Source: a virus (lineage: Duplodnaviria; Caudoviricetes). From it: a stretch of 64,000 bases of DNA. The stretch spans positions 32,001-96,000 of IMG/VR virus record IMGVR_UViG_3300031867_000005; one strand, 5' to 3'. Both the position numbers and the translations under genes were made by a program. Position 1 is the stretch's first letter. Each line of letters starts with the position of its first letter. A model generated the notes under the pieces. The model was not told the DNA's origin, did not search any database, and saw nothing but the letters and a program-made list of their open reading frames with translations. This document shows, one piece after another, positions 35,680 to 46,160 of this stretch.

Positions 35680-37656
35680 AGTAAATCATCAAAACTAACA
35701 TTTTTCAATTGCTCCTTTCTATCATTCTCATCACCAAAAGCCTTTGCAACTTCATCGAGAAGTGAAACTTCTTCTTCCTGAGAAGAAAAACGTTCAATTA
35801 AATCTTGTTCCATTTCATCTGAAACAATTCCGTCATTATATAATGATTCTAAGTCAATCATTTCTTGAGATTTTTCTTGGATAAAATCGACAACTTGAAA
35901 GTCTTGGACTTCTTCAAGTGATGGGGTTGTGACAAATAAGTCATATCTGCGGCAAACTCCTAAATCTACTTTAGACCATATTCTCACTTGATTCCAGCGG
36001 CCCCGTCTATTTTTAAAGATGTCTGTTACACAGTTTGGAGCAAAACTAAAAACTTTTTGAAACCCCGCAACGGTTTTTAATTCTTCGGGAGATGGTCGTG
36101 ACATTATACAAGCTAGGTCTACCAAATCCACGATTGCTCTTGCGTTAAATCCTACCATTTCTAGTAGGAACTGACTATTTTTTAACTTCACAAAGAAGCC
36201 ATACCCATTTCGATTCTCATTAGCTTCGTTTCCTAAAACTAAGACACGTATTAATAGTGTCTCTACTCCCAGCATCTCAGCACAGGGATAGTCGATACAG
36301 GTTATTATTTTATTAAAATAATCTTCCCACGAGATTACCATATCTATTACAGACTTAGGTTTCCTCGTTAGCTCACTATTCTAGTGAACCCCCATTCATA
36401 AAATGGGAAAAGGCATGATAAGGCCAATTTGACCCTCGTATTTGATGAAAATCTCGGAATCCATCGCCATCGTCATTACTAATTTGAGTTGAAGTCAATA
36501 TAAAAGAATTAAGTTCAACAGCTAAGTTTTTTAAAGTTGTGGTAAACATTCTAAGTGTAACATCTTCTCTGATCTTCAAATCCCTATACTCATTAAGCAT
36601 AGCTGGAGAAGAAAAGATATAATCATAGAAGAAATTCTCTACTCCATGCTACAAGTTGTATCTCCTAAAAAGGTTCTTTATAATCGAACTACAAGGGTCA
36701 GGAATTTGAGCAGTTAAGAAATTATCCTTATATCTCTCCATTATATCCACTGCTTTATTAATTCTCTCCATATGCTACGGACCGTAAGTTCCATATAAAA
36801 AAATCTCTTCATTATAGCCTGTTAAGTAAGCTAAAATCATTGTTTGGATTTCTTCTGGATCTTGTTCAGTCATTATATATAAAACTTTTTCAGGAGTTCC
36901 TGTAGCAATCCATTTATTATATCTAGGTTCATATCTAATCGGATAAGCAATATTACAGGCGTCGCCGACCATTGAACGAGTCTTTCCCATTCCGCTTGAC
37001 CCTGACCGAAGATAAAGTTTTCCTTTTCTACCGCCTCTACAAATTGTATTAAAAATATCTCCTTGTAATCTAACTCCAACCTCTGGGGCAGATTGTAAAT
37101 TCTTAATTAAATCCCTAACCCCATCATAGGCTGTTCCTTCTTTCATTACAGAATTGATTACATATTTTCCTTCAAGGCTAGCAATTTCTCCCTTAAACAA
37201 ATTCAAAATTTCTTCTGTCGTCATTTTTTCGAACTTATCGTTAATCGCAAAATGATCATCGTCTAAGGGGTCTTCAGAATAAATATTGGAGATATTATAA
37301 CCAGACTTTTGAAGTTCTCTTAGTAAATTAATTTTCTTAAATTTTTTATAATAATAAGAGAAATTACTCGATTCACTATATGTTTCACAATCAATTAAAA
37401 ATTGTTTTCCATTCTCTCTTTCTAGAATATTTTTTGCTACTTCATTTTCAGATAAATAAGTTTCCACATCATTTGCATGGATTTTTTCTGCACCACCTAC
37501 ATATAAATTATATATCGCAGAAAAGATAAATTTATCAAGAGGTTGCGAAAAATCGCTAGGTTCAATTTGATATTTGTCAATGTCACTTAATAACTCAGGT
37601 CTAAGCATCAGGCCGCCAAAGATTTGAACTATAGTCTTTCTATCAACACTAATCAT
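35676..37656 (-). CDS. DnaB-like replicative helicase, spliced (exons 37656-36432 and 36142-35676), two TAG codons
   Basis: Walker A SGSSGMGKT, YIMTEQ, FFYDYI, STQI; spliced junction reads IRGS-RAIVDLVD; KNRRG motif. Confidence 0.88.
36143..36431 (-). mobile_element. Group I intron in helicase gene (no ORF)
   Basis: P1 AGGGU/GCCUU; core TGTATCGACTA...AAATAGTCAG; terminal G; removal restores frame. Confidence 0.85.
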
Positions 37657-38375
37657 TCAATCGTATCCCCTAACTGACTGAGGTCAATCATCTTTTTATT
37701 TTTCTTTTTGCCTATATAATCAGCAGGATTATACCTGATTTCAATTCTGTCTTGCTCCAGTTGCTTCTAAATCATTTTTGTGATTTCATCTGCTTTTTTA
37801 GCCTGATTTTCATAGTAGTGTTTTGATTCAGAAAATATAAAAGGAATGATCCCGATACTGCCGTTAGACTTTTTTATTGTGTTTCTCTTTACTTCATAAA
37901 AATATTTTAAAGCTAACAGTTGCCCACGATATGGCATCCCTTGGCTTCTAAACTTCTGCATTTGAGTCACATTCCAATCGCTAACAGGTTTATCTTTTGA
38001 GTATTCTCCAAACAATCTATAAATATAAAACCAAAGTGCGTCCCTATCATTCTTTTCATTCTTAACTAATTCTAAGTTTTCTTCTGATAAATGCCTCTTT
38101 ACTGTGCTAGCAGAAATACCTAACTCTTTTGCGACCTTACTCATATTTTTATATTCACTATATCTCTTATTTATTTCTTCAACTAGTTCGTCTGTTACTT
38201 TAATCCTTTTTTTCTTTTCTTTCTCCGTATGAGGGGCCGCTTCATATAAATTTAAGTATTTTGTGACAGTAGCAACTGAAATTCCTAATTCTTCTGCTAC
38301 TTTCTTCTTTACACCTAATTCACAGTATAAAAGAAGGATTTTCTTAATCATTTCTTCGTCAATTTTTCTTGCCAT
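37653..38375 (-). CDS. Double helix-turn-helix protein upstream of helicase (240 aa)
   Basis: Two KVAxELGISxxTV motifs; extended through TAG 37767 to TGA overlapping the helicase ATG. Confidence 0.75.
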
Positions 38376-38405
38376 TTTTATCACCCTTTCTTTTATTCTA
38401 TAAAT

Positions 38406-38434
38406 ATTATATCATATCTTATTTAAAATGTCAA
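38406..38434 (-). promoter_or_regulatory. SigA-type promoter
   Basis: TTGACA-N17-TATAAT with TG extension. Confidence 0.8.
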
Positions 38435-38464
38435 TAAAATAGACAGCAATTTTATTTTGCTGTC

Positions 38465-40853
38465 TTAAATTCCACCAGTTATTTCGTCTAAAAATGCAGA
38501 AGACTGTGCTGTTAAACTTCTTTCAATTGTTGTTAATTTTACTGTTGCAAAGATTTTTGAGTATATGGGAGATTTTCTTAAATTCAAAAGTAGTCTTAAT
38601 CCATTTTTGTTTCTGAATAGTTCTGAGTCTGCTTGCTTTAAATCCCCATCAAACAAAATTCTTGACCCCTCACCACAGCGGCCGAGTAATAATTTGATAT
38701 GATCTTCTGTTAGATTTTGAGCTTCATTTACGATAATAATTGAATCTTGAAAACTTCTGCCACGAATAAAACTCATTGGAACAACTTCAAGTTGTTCTGT
38801 GTTAATCCAGTCTTCAATCTGGTCAATTCCAACTAAGTCGATTAGCGGCCCTATCTGTCCGATTGTCTTGTCCAGTAGTTCCGATACTCCTATAAATTTC
38901 TTTATAGGTCAGACTATATCTTATTTATCTTTTAAAAAATCATAAAATTTTTTCTTTCTTTCCAAATAAATTGTTGAATTATCATAAAGATATTGTAAAA
39001 TTATTTTACAAATTTTATTGCCTTTCCATTTGCAAACGTAGGCGTTGGATTTATTAATTATATTGTGTTTCTTTTTCTAAAGCACACTATCTATAGCCGA
39101 CTAAAAACTTCCTACGAAATCTTGGTTATAACCACAAAAACTAACACCAACAGTTGAAGTTTGTGATTCAATCCAAATAGATCCGTCTCCATCTAGCAAA
39201 CCTCTCAAATAATGTCTCTACAAATTTAAAGGTATTTTATCAATTTTTATATCTTTTAATAAATATGTTTTGTTAGGAATAATGTCATATAAAGCTAAAT
39301 CATCACATATCTTTTTATTAGTAATTTCTATTGCATAACATTCTTTATTTGGTCTTTTATCATGAAGTAATTGAATATCACTATCTAGACTTGTCTTTAA
39401 TCTTTCTACCATATACTTATCTTCTGCTTTTAGACTAATTCCTAGTACATTAGTCCCCTATCTCTATTTGATATATCCATCTGTTTTTAAAAGACCTATA
39501 AAATATGCTTTTTCTTCTGTATCTATCGTTTCAAAGTAATTTTCATTTATGTCGTGATTTTTTAAACTACTTTTTGTTTTTACAATATTGTTTTCTTTCA
39601 TAAAATTAACTAAAGTCTCATAACAACAACCTACTTCTTTACCAATTTTACTGTAAGAATATTTTCTATTATTCATATCAATAATTTTTTGTTTTTCTTC
39701 TTCTGTAAAAATTCTCTTTTTAGGCATATTTTCACCTCCTTAGACAGCGAATAGAAAAGAAAGAAAGAAAAAAGATAAACTCTCGCACTTCGAAATATTA
39801 TAATATTTCTACTCTACTAAGCATTTATGCACTTTTCGATAGTCGTTGAACCTTCTTCCTTGTTTGGAAGGAAGCTTGGCTGCGGATTATCCAATCTTTT
39901 ATTTTTTTACCATACCATAATAATTAATTATGCCATAATTTTATTACTAAAATTATTTGGTAATAAAAGCTTTAAGGATGTCCCCGTCAATTCACGAGAT
40001 TTAACCCGAGCAATTTAACATAACCCGGAAGGGCGCCTAACTCAATTGTGTTTTCAGTAAAAGCATTATTAGGCACATAGACAATTTTCTTTATTTTTCC
40101 TAATTCTAGTTCTTGAATTGCGAAATTATTTAGAATGTAACTCTTGCCACTTCCAAATCTACCGCCAGCGTAGATAATAGTTTTACTTCTATCTAATAAG
40201 GCTTCAAACAAACAAGACTGTTCGGGATTTCTTGGCTTGATATGTTTAATCCATCTATTTTTTATTCCCTTATCAAAAAACTGCTTAATTTCTCCATTAG
40301 TATAAACGAAAGTAGCCAAAGTTTCATATTCTTCATCACCATATTTATTCAAGAACTTAGCATTTGTATCTTTCACAATTATATATTCATTCTCATATAA
40401 TTTTACTTCTGGATCAGGTAATGCTTTATTGGTAAAAATGTAGTCTAAAACTTTGTCATACCTATTTTCATCAGTGGCTACATAGATAGTTTTTATTCCT
40501 GAATAATCTTCTGTCTTCCCATAACCACTAGTTTTTACGCCTTTTACTATCGCTTTTACTTTTAAATAAACATCGTTAGTAATTAATTCTCCAAAACTTT
40601 CTTCTGCACACAATAACAATTTATCATCAACAGATATTTTCATATCTTCATAGCAACTTTTCCAGATAATCTCATCTAAATGGCGAGAAAGCGTTATTGC
40701 CGCACGTCTTGCTTTAAAGGCAATTTCAGGATTTTGATTTAATTTAAGTCCATCTAATTCTTTAAGAACATCAGTAAGAATGATTAAGTCTTTTTCATCT
40801 TCTAAAATTTGAGGAAAATCAAGCAATATATTAGTATCTATAACTTTTAACAT
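38465..40853 (-). CDS. phoH: PIN-PhoH (PhoH2-like) protein, spliced (exons 40853-40023 and 38881-38465)
   Basis: PIN VIDTNILL; Walker A GRFGSGKS; junction LGALPG-ELLDK; FIRGRSF, NEAQN, GDLKQAD. Confidence 0.88.
38882..40022 (-). mobile_element. Group I intron in phoH carrying a LAGLIDADG ORF
   Basis: P1 CCGGGU/GCUCGG; core AATTGACGGGGA, AATCCGCAG, GTTCAACGACTA, AAGATATAGTCT; terminal G. Confidence 0.9.
38921..39727 (-). CDS. Intron-encoded double-motif LAGLIDADG homing endonuclease with N-terminal HTH (268 aa)
   Basis: AYFIGLLKTDG and HYLRGLLDGDG; open through TAG codons; GGAGGTG RBS. Confidence 0.88.
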
Positions 40854-40893
40854 TTTTAGCCTCCTATAAAAAGAGAGAGGTATTACCTCTCTT

Positions 40894-41889
40894 TTATTCA
40901 AGTAATGTCTTAACTTCAAACAGGACTTTACTTAGCTTATCAATTTGTTCTGGAAGAATTTCACTAAACTTAGTTGGCTTACCAAATTCTTTATCTAAAA
41001 TTTCTGCAGCTTTTCCTTGAAGGTCTCTTTGAATTACTTTACCCCACAAGGTTTTTGCTTCATCCATCATATCATCAAAACTCTTTTGATAATAAGGATT
41101 AGGAGCAATATTTGTTTCAAGATTTTCTGTATTTTTACCAGTTGTATGTTCAATTTCCGCATCAATAGCATCATAGATTGCTTTTACCAAATTCTCATAA
41201 GATAATTCAACTTTTGGAACAATATATTTAAATCTTGAGCCAGCATAAAAATCATCAGTCTCTCTTAAAAAGAGATACCTTTTTCTGACAAAAGAACCAT
41301 CTTCACGTTGTTCTACTGGAACTTGTTTTAAATAAGCAATAATATCAACCATTTTATTTACAATATTAAAAGGTCTATCAGCTAATGCTGGAACAACTTT
41401 CGTATGTTCGACCCCTTTTTCTTCAATTGTTTTTTCTTTTGCGTGAGAAATAAAAAATAAACCATAACCAGCAAAAGCAATTTCTCTTAAAGTCGAAGAA
41501 AATTCGTCATCTAAAAGTTTATAACCACCGCCATAAGGAATATCTTTTATTTTTTCAATCCCATTTTGGTCACAAATATATTTTTCACAAAGTTTATAAG
41601 CTTCATCAACTGTGTCGATTGCAATTATATGAATTTTATTTTGTAATTCATCTTTTTTTCTTACTAATTGCTTAACAACAATTTTCCAATCAGTCCATTT
41701 AAGTATTGGTTGAACCAATACGTTATTTAATGCATTAGTTCCTGGTTCAAAAGATGCAATCAGCACTTTATCAAGTTCAGATGCGAGTGTGGTTTTCCCG
41801 CATTTTGGATCTCCGAAAACTAAAGCCATTTTACCCTTCAAATCTCTACTAATCTTCTGTGGTTCAAGCGCCATTAAATCAATAGCCAT
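40894..41889 (-). CDS. AAA_24/Sak4-like ATPase (ssDNA annealing)
   Basis: GDPKCGKTT, IAIDT, FFISHAKE. Confidence 0.75.
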   Translation of the reverse strand: MAIDLMALEPQKISRDLKGKMALVFGDPKCGKTTLASELDKVLIASFEPGTNALNNVLVQPILKWTDWKIVVKQLVRKKDELQNKIHIIAIDTVDEAYKLCEKYICDQNGIEKIKDIPYGGGYKLLDDEFSSTLREIAFAGYGLFFISHAKEKTIEEKGVEHTKVVPALADRPFNIVNKMVDIIAYLKQVPVEQREDGSFVRKRYLFLRETDDFYAGSRFKYIVPKVELSYENLVKAIYDAIDAEIEHTTGKNTENLETNIAPNPYYQKSFDDMMDEAKTLWGKVIQRDLQGKAAEILDKEFGKPTKFSEILPEQIDKLSKVLFEVKTLLE

Positions 41890-41933
41890 TTAATCTCCTC
41901 CTTTACTTATATAGAGAAAAATTTCGGATTTAA

Positions 41934-42824
41934 TTAAAATCCGAAATCAACGGGCTTATTTTTTGTGGAACTTTTTGTATTTGAGTTTGTATTTGCAAGA
42001 TTATCTTGCTCTTCCTTTCTTCTCGCCAAAGCTTGCTTAATAGAATCAGCATCATAAGATAAAGCTTCTTCCAGTCCGCAAGGAGAACCACCTGTAATAA
42101 TCAATTCTTTCTTAGAAACAGTTCTTGTTCTTTCAATGGGTTCGCCGAAACCTTGTTCTTCCATCCAAGTCTCAACCTTGTAAGACATATTAATTCTACC
42201 GGTTACTTTTACAGTGTCTTGTGCTTGCCAATTTGTAGTAATAAAATCAGCTGCACTACCCTGTGCAATTAGTTCAATCTTATTAGCCTTTCCGCCCCAA
42301 GTAATCACAATAAAATCGACAATAATTCTTCCTGTTTCTTCTCCGTCCTTGTTTGTCTCAGGTCTCATTTTACCTACAACGCCAGAAAGTTCAAAAGTTG
42401 CCTTTTCAGGATCTCCCTTTCTAGCTTCATTGATGAAATTTGTAGAAATCTGAAAACCAGAACGAACAATATTAGTGCGGGCATCATACCAAGCATTTTC
42501 TTCAATCTTTCCAAGGCTAATTGTTACACGAGAAGCCTTAGATTCATCATCTGCTGCTGCAACAGAAATCAAGTTTTCTTTATAGTCAATAATGCGGTCA
42601 TAAATTTTATTAAGAGAACCATCAGTCTTTTTTCTCATTGAAAAAAGTCTAACTGGGATGATATTTTCTGTTACAACCCCATTAATTTCTTGATCAACAC
42701 GAATAGATGCTGTTCCACGCACATATTCCTTTCCAGCACTGGATACACCTTCAATAATTTCAAGCTCATTCAACATACCACTAATATAAATCTCATTATC
42801 ACTCAATCTATTTGTATCTAACAT
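41934..42824 (-). CDS. Putative single-stranded DNA-binding protein
   Basis: Beta-rich tandem OB-like composition with low-complexity tail ending DFGF; adjacent to Sak4-like gene. Confidence 0.55.
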   Translation of the reverse strand: MLDTNRLSDNEIYISGMLNELEIIEGVSSAGKEYVRGTASIRVDQEINGVVTENIIPVRLFSMRKKTDGSLNKIYDRIIDYKENLISVAAADDESKASRVTISLGKIEENAWYDARTNIVRSGFQISTNFINEARKGDPEKATFELSGVVGKMRPETNKDGEETGRIIVDFIVITWGGKANKIELIAQGSAADFITTNWQAQDTVKVTGRINMSYKVETWMEEQGFGEPIERTRTVSKKELIITGGSPCGLEEALSYDADSIKQALARRKEEQDNLANTNSNTKSSTKNKPVDFGF

Positions 42825-42914
42825 TATAATACCACTCCTTAATAATAATAATAATAATAATCCAGTTTAATTTTGTTGAGTAGGAGTATGTCTCCTACTC
42901 AATTTTTAAAATAA

Positions 42915-43205
42915 TTAGTCTTCTGTTTCAGCATCTGGATCGAAATTAGCGCCACTATCAGTCAAGGCAAAATACTTTACTTCTCTTACCTTAGTTTCGC
43001 CTTTTTCAGTTGTATATTCCTCTGTTTCAGTAAATCTTTCAGCATAGCCCTTGCGAACCAAACCAGTTACAGAACCAGTTACAGAACCAGCCTTTTCAAA
43101 GCCAAGAGCTTCCTGAACCTGCTTAGTTGTAAACTTCACACCAGCACCTGCAGCCTTCAAATATTCAAATACCTTTCTTGATCCCTCAGTCATTTTCTTT
43201 GCCAT
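42915..43205 (-). CDS. Small winged-helix DNA-binding protein
   Basis: FTTKQVQEALG...VTGLVRKGYAER...YFALTDSG pattern. Confidence 0.65.
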   Translation of the reverse strand: MAKKMTEGSRKVFEYLKAAGAGVKFTTKQVQEALGFEKAGSVTGSVTGLVRKGYAERFTETEEYTTEKGETKVREVKYFALTDSGANFDPDAETED

Positions 43206-43301
43206 TATAAACCAACTCCTTTTAAAATTTTAAAATATTTTTTATAATAAAATAGCAGACGGTGTTTCCGTTAATATGCTATTTATTTATCTTACATTAA
43301 T

Positions 43302-43330
43302 ATTATATCATAATATTTTTTAAAAGTCAA
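43302..43330 (-). promoter_or_regulatory. SigA-type promoter
   Basis: TTGACT-N17-TATAAT; -35 lies within the last codons of the upstream gene. Confidence 0.75.
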
Positions 43331-43715
43331 TTTCTTTATTTTCTAAATCCATTAACTTTTTAGTTAAATCTTCTGCTTTATATGCAGCTTTAGTAAATTC
43401 TTGAATCTCTTTTTTAAGTCTAACTGACATATGAAGAAAAGTTATGCCAATTGAGTTAATTTCAGTGAGAGACAAATTAAAGTCGCCATCGATTATTCTA
43501 CGTCTAAGATTTTCATATCTTTTTGAGTCTTGTTCCAATTCTTTGATAAAAGATTCTAATTTTTCATCATGAACTAACTCTGGGTTTAATTTCCCGTCTT
43601 CATCAAAGTAAGGCTCATATAAATTATATATATCATCAAGAACTCCATTCAATGCGGCGACAACCGCATCTTTATTTTCTTTAATTAAATTAATCTTTTC
43701 TTCTAAAATCATCAT
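43320..43715 (-). CDS. Hypothetical protein (131 aa)
   Basis: Intact ORF coupled to the gyrA stop. Confidence 0.65.
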   Translation of the reverse strand: MMILEEKINLIKENKDAVVAALNGVLDDIYNLYEPYFDEDGKLNPELVHDEKLESFIKELEQDSKRYENLRRRIIDGDFNLSLTEINSIGITFLHMSVRLKKEIQEFTKAAYKAEDLTKKLMDLENKEIDF

Positions 43716-46105
43716 AAACTCCTCACCAAATCTATTGCAGTATCATTTTTAGCAATATCAATCGCTTTGACACCTGTTGCAGAGCGAGAAAGTATTCTTA
43801 GTTCACTTGTAGAAATCTTAATACTTTTCCGCTTTACTATAATTATTATATCACAATCTTTATCAAAAGTCAAATATTTAATTATTCTATCGTTTTCTCT
43901 TATATCAGAGATTTTCTTACCTTTAATTCCTCTGTTGCATACTGGAAATTCATCTAAAGTAGTCTTCTTAATTAAGCCTTTCTCAGATAAAGTTATCATA
44001 TACTTATCAGAATTCTTAATTACTTTTGCGTCGATAACATAGTTTGAGTCAGACAACTTAATTGCTTTCACACCAGCTGTAACTCTTCCTGTTATTCTCA
44101 CATCTTCTGTATTTATTATAACATAATTTCCATCATAAGTCAATATTCCAACTTTTTCGTCATTCATAAAGAGGACATTAACGACTTCGTCGTCTTCCTT
44201 TAGATTGATAGCCTTTAAGGATTTCCCTCTTTTATTTTCATATTCTTCAGCCAATGTTTTCTTTATTATACCATATTTTGTAATAAAAGTAAAATATTTA
44301 ACTTTTTCTTTTTTATTAATTGAAGTAATGGTAGTAATTCTTTCATCTTTGTCTAATTCGAAAAGCTGGTTAATGTTAATTTTAGCGTTAATTGGCAAAT
44401 CATCAATTGAAAGATGATACATTATGCCTTTATTAGAAAAGACTAAGAGAGAACTAAGGTTGTCGTCGTTGATTGTTTTTATAACGACTTCGTTGCTTGC
44501 AAGTTTAATTTTTGTGCCTTTGCCGCCACGTCTTGTTTTTATTAGAGTTGTAGATTCTTGGGTATAAAGGTTGCCAAGATTCGTGTAGTGGATTAAAAGT
44601 TCTTTCTTTTCAATTGGTTCAGGATTATTTTCTTCTCCAGAAAAATCAAGACTGATATTCTTTGTTTTTCTTTCATCTCCATACTTATTAGAAATAGAAG
44701 TAATATCCTTAATCATTTCTTCTTTTATTTTTTCTTCTGATGAAAGAATTTCTTTAATCTTATCAGCTTGTTCTTGTTTTTCGTTCTTTTCTTTTTCCAA
44801 TTTCTCAATTTCCAAATGAGTTAAGCTAGAAAGCTTCATTTTCAAAATAGCGTCGGCTTGTATCTCGTCTATATGATACTTTTCAATTAAAAGATTCTTT
44901 GCAGTAGAAGTGGAAGAAGAATTTCTAATATCTTTTACTACTTCCTCAATATTGTGATAGGCAATAATAAGTCCTTCCAAAATATGAATTCTATCTAATA
45001 ACTTTTGCAAATCATATTGATAAGCTTTAACAATAACGTTTTTTAAATGAGACAGATATGTTTGAAGATGTTCTTTCCAAGAATACAGTTTAGGTCTTAA
45101 TCCATCTTCCAGCATATTTACATTAATTGAAAAACTATTTTGAAGAACAGTATGCTTATATAATGCCGCAATAACTCTTTTTGGGTTTGCTCCCTTATTT
45201 AATTTAATATAAATGCGAGGACCGTTGAAGTCAGTTCCGTCAGTAACACTGTCAATTCCCAAAAGAAGTCCATCTTCTATGGCTTTACTAATAGACGCAA
45301 CTGCATTAGTGGTAAAAGTCATATAAGGCATTTCATAGACTACAAGTTCGTTCTCTTTCTCATCATAATCAATCGAAGCCCTAATTAGGGCGGCCTTACC
45401 AGTTCCGTTCTTTAAACTTTCTTTAACTTCCTTCTCATTAATGATAGTGCCGCCAGTAGGAAAATCAATTGGACAATATATTTCTTCAAAAGAAGCGTCT
45501 GGATTATTTAAAAGTTTAATTGCGGCCGTACAAACATCTTTAAGATTATGTGGCGGTATTGAACTGGAACAAGCAACGCCAATGCCAAAACTTCCATTAA
45601 CCAGTCCATAAGGAAATTTTGTAGGAAGGACAGTTGGATATTCTTCCTCATTAGTATAATTCATTTTCCATGTGTCAACTGTATTCTTTTCTAAGAGATA
45701 ACTCATGTCATAAGCAATTTCGTTTCCTCTCATTTCCAAGTAACGAGCTTGTGAATAGTCATCTCCCGAAAGATAAGAACCATTGTTACCTTGCACTTCA
45801 ATAATAGGATAACGTAAGGAAAAATCTTGAGATAATCTAACTGCTGTCCCCAAGATAGACGCATCACCGTGCGGCGAGAACCGCATTGTAGCATTAACAG
45901 TAGCAACCGCCTTCCTTCTCTTTTGCTTACAAGTCAACTTATCCTTATACTGTGCATATAAGATAAATCTAGCACCTGTTTTTAATCCATCTCTTGCGTC
46001 TGGCAAGGCACGGGTTTGAATAACATAAGACGCATAGGGAGTATAGAAAGCTTGTAAAGCATCTGATACTTCCCAATCTTTATTATAAAATTGAATTTCA
46101 GGCAT
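43712..46105 (-). CDS. gyrA: Type IIA topoisomerase subunit A (GyrA/ParC) with C-terminal pinwheel repeats
   Basis: RALPDARDGLK, SPHGD, ARY catalytic Tyr, DFPTGG, RRGGKG. Confidence 0.9.
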   Translation of the reverse strand: MPEIQFYNKDWEVSDALQAFYTPYASYVIQTRALPDARDGLKTGARFILYAQYKDKLTCKQKRRKAVATVNATMRFSPHGDASILGTAVRLSQDFSLRYPIIEVQGNNGSYLSGDDYSQARYLEMRGNEIAYDMSYLLEKNTVDTWKMNYTNEEEYPTVLPTKFPYGLVNGSFGIGVACSSSIPPHNLKDVCTAAIKLLNNPDASFEEIYCPIDFPTGGTIINEKEVKESLKNGTGKAALIRASIDYDEKENELVVYEMPYMTFTTNAVASISKAIEDGLLLGIDSVTDGTDFNGPRIYIKLNKGANPKRVIAALYKHTVLQNSFSINVNMLEDGLRPKLYSWKEHLQTYLSHLKNVIVKAYQYDLQKLLDRIHILEGLIIAYHNIEEVVKDIRNSSSTSTAKNLLIEKYHIDEIQADAILKMKLSSLTHLEIEKLEKEKNEKQEQADKIKEILSSEEKIKEEMIKDITSISNKYGDERKTKNISLDFSGEENNPEPIEKKELLIHYTNLGNLYTQESTTLIKTRRGGKGTKIKLASNEVVIKTINDDNLSSLLVFSNKGIMYHLSIDDLPINAKININQLFELDKDERITTITSINKKEKVKYFTFITKYGIIKKTLAEEYENKRGKSLKAINLKEDDEVVNVLFMNDEKVGILTYDGNYVIINTEDVRITGRVTAGVKAIKLSDSNYVIDAKVIKNSDKYMITLSEKGLIKKTTLDEFPVCNRGIKGKKISDIRENDRIIKYLTFDKDCDIIIIVKRKSIKISTSELRILSRSATGVKAIDIAKNDTAIDLVRSL

Positions 46106-46131
46106 TCTTTAATTCCCCCTTTACTATTAAT

Positions 46132-46160
46132 AGTATATCATAATTTTTATAATAAGTCAA
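46132..46160 (-). promoter_or_regulatory. SigA-type promoter of gyrA
   Basis: TTGACT-N17-TATACT with TG extension. Confidence 0.7.

Noticed and set aside
35676-36341. Separate 221-aa gene in the ORF track
   Set aside because: Its first ~66 codons are intron sequence; the rest is helicase exon 2.
42841-42860. (AAT)n microsatellite
   Set aside because: Short and located in an AT-rich leader just upstream of an RBS; no evidence of phase variation.
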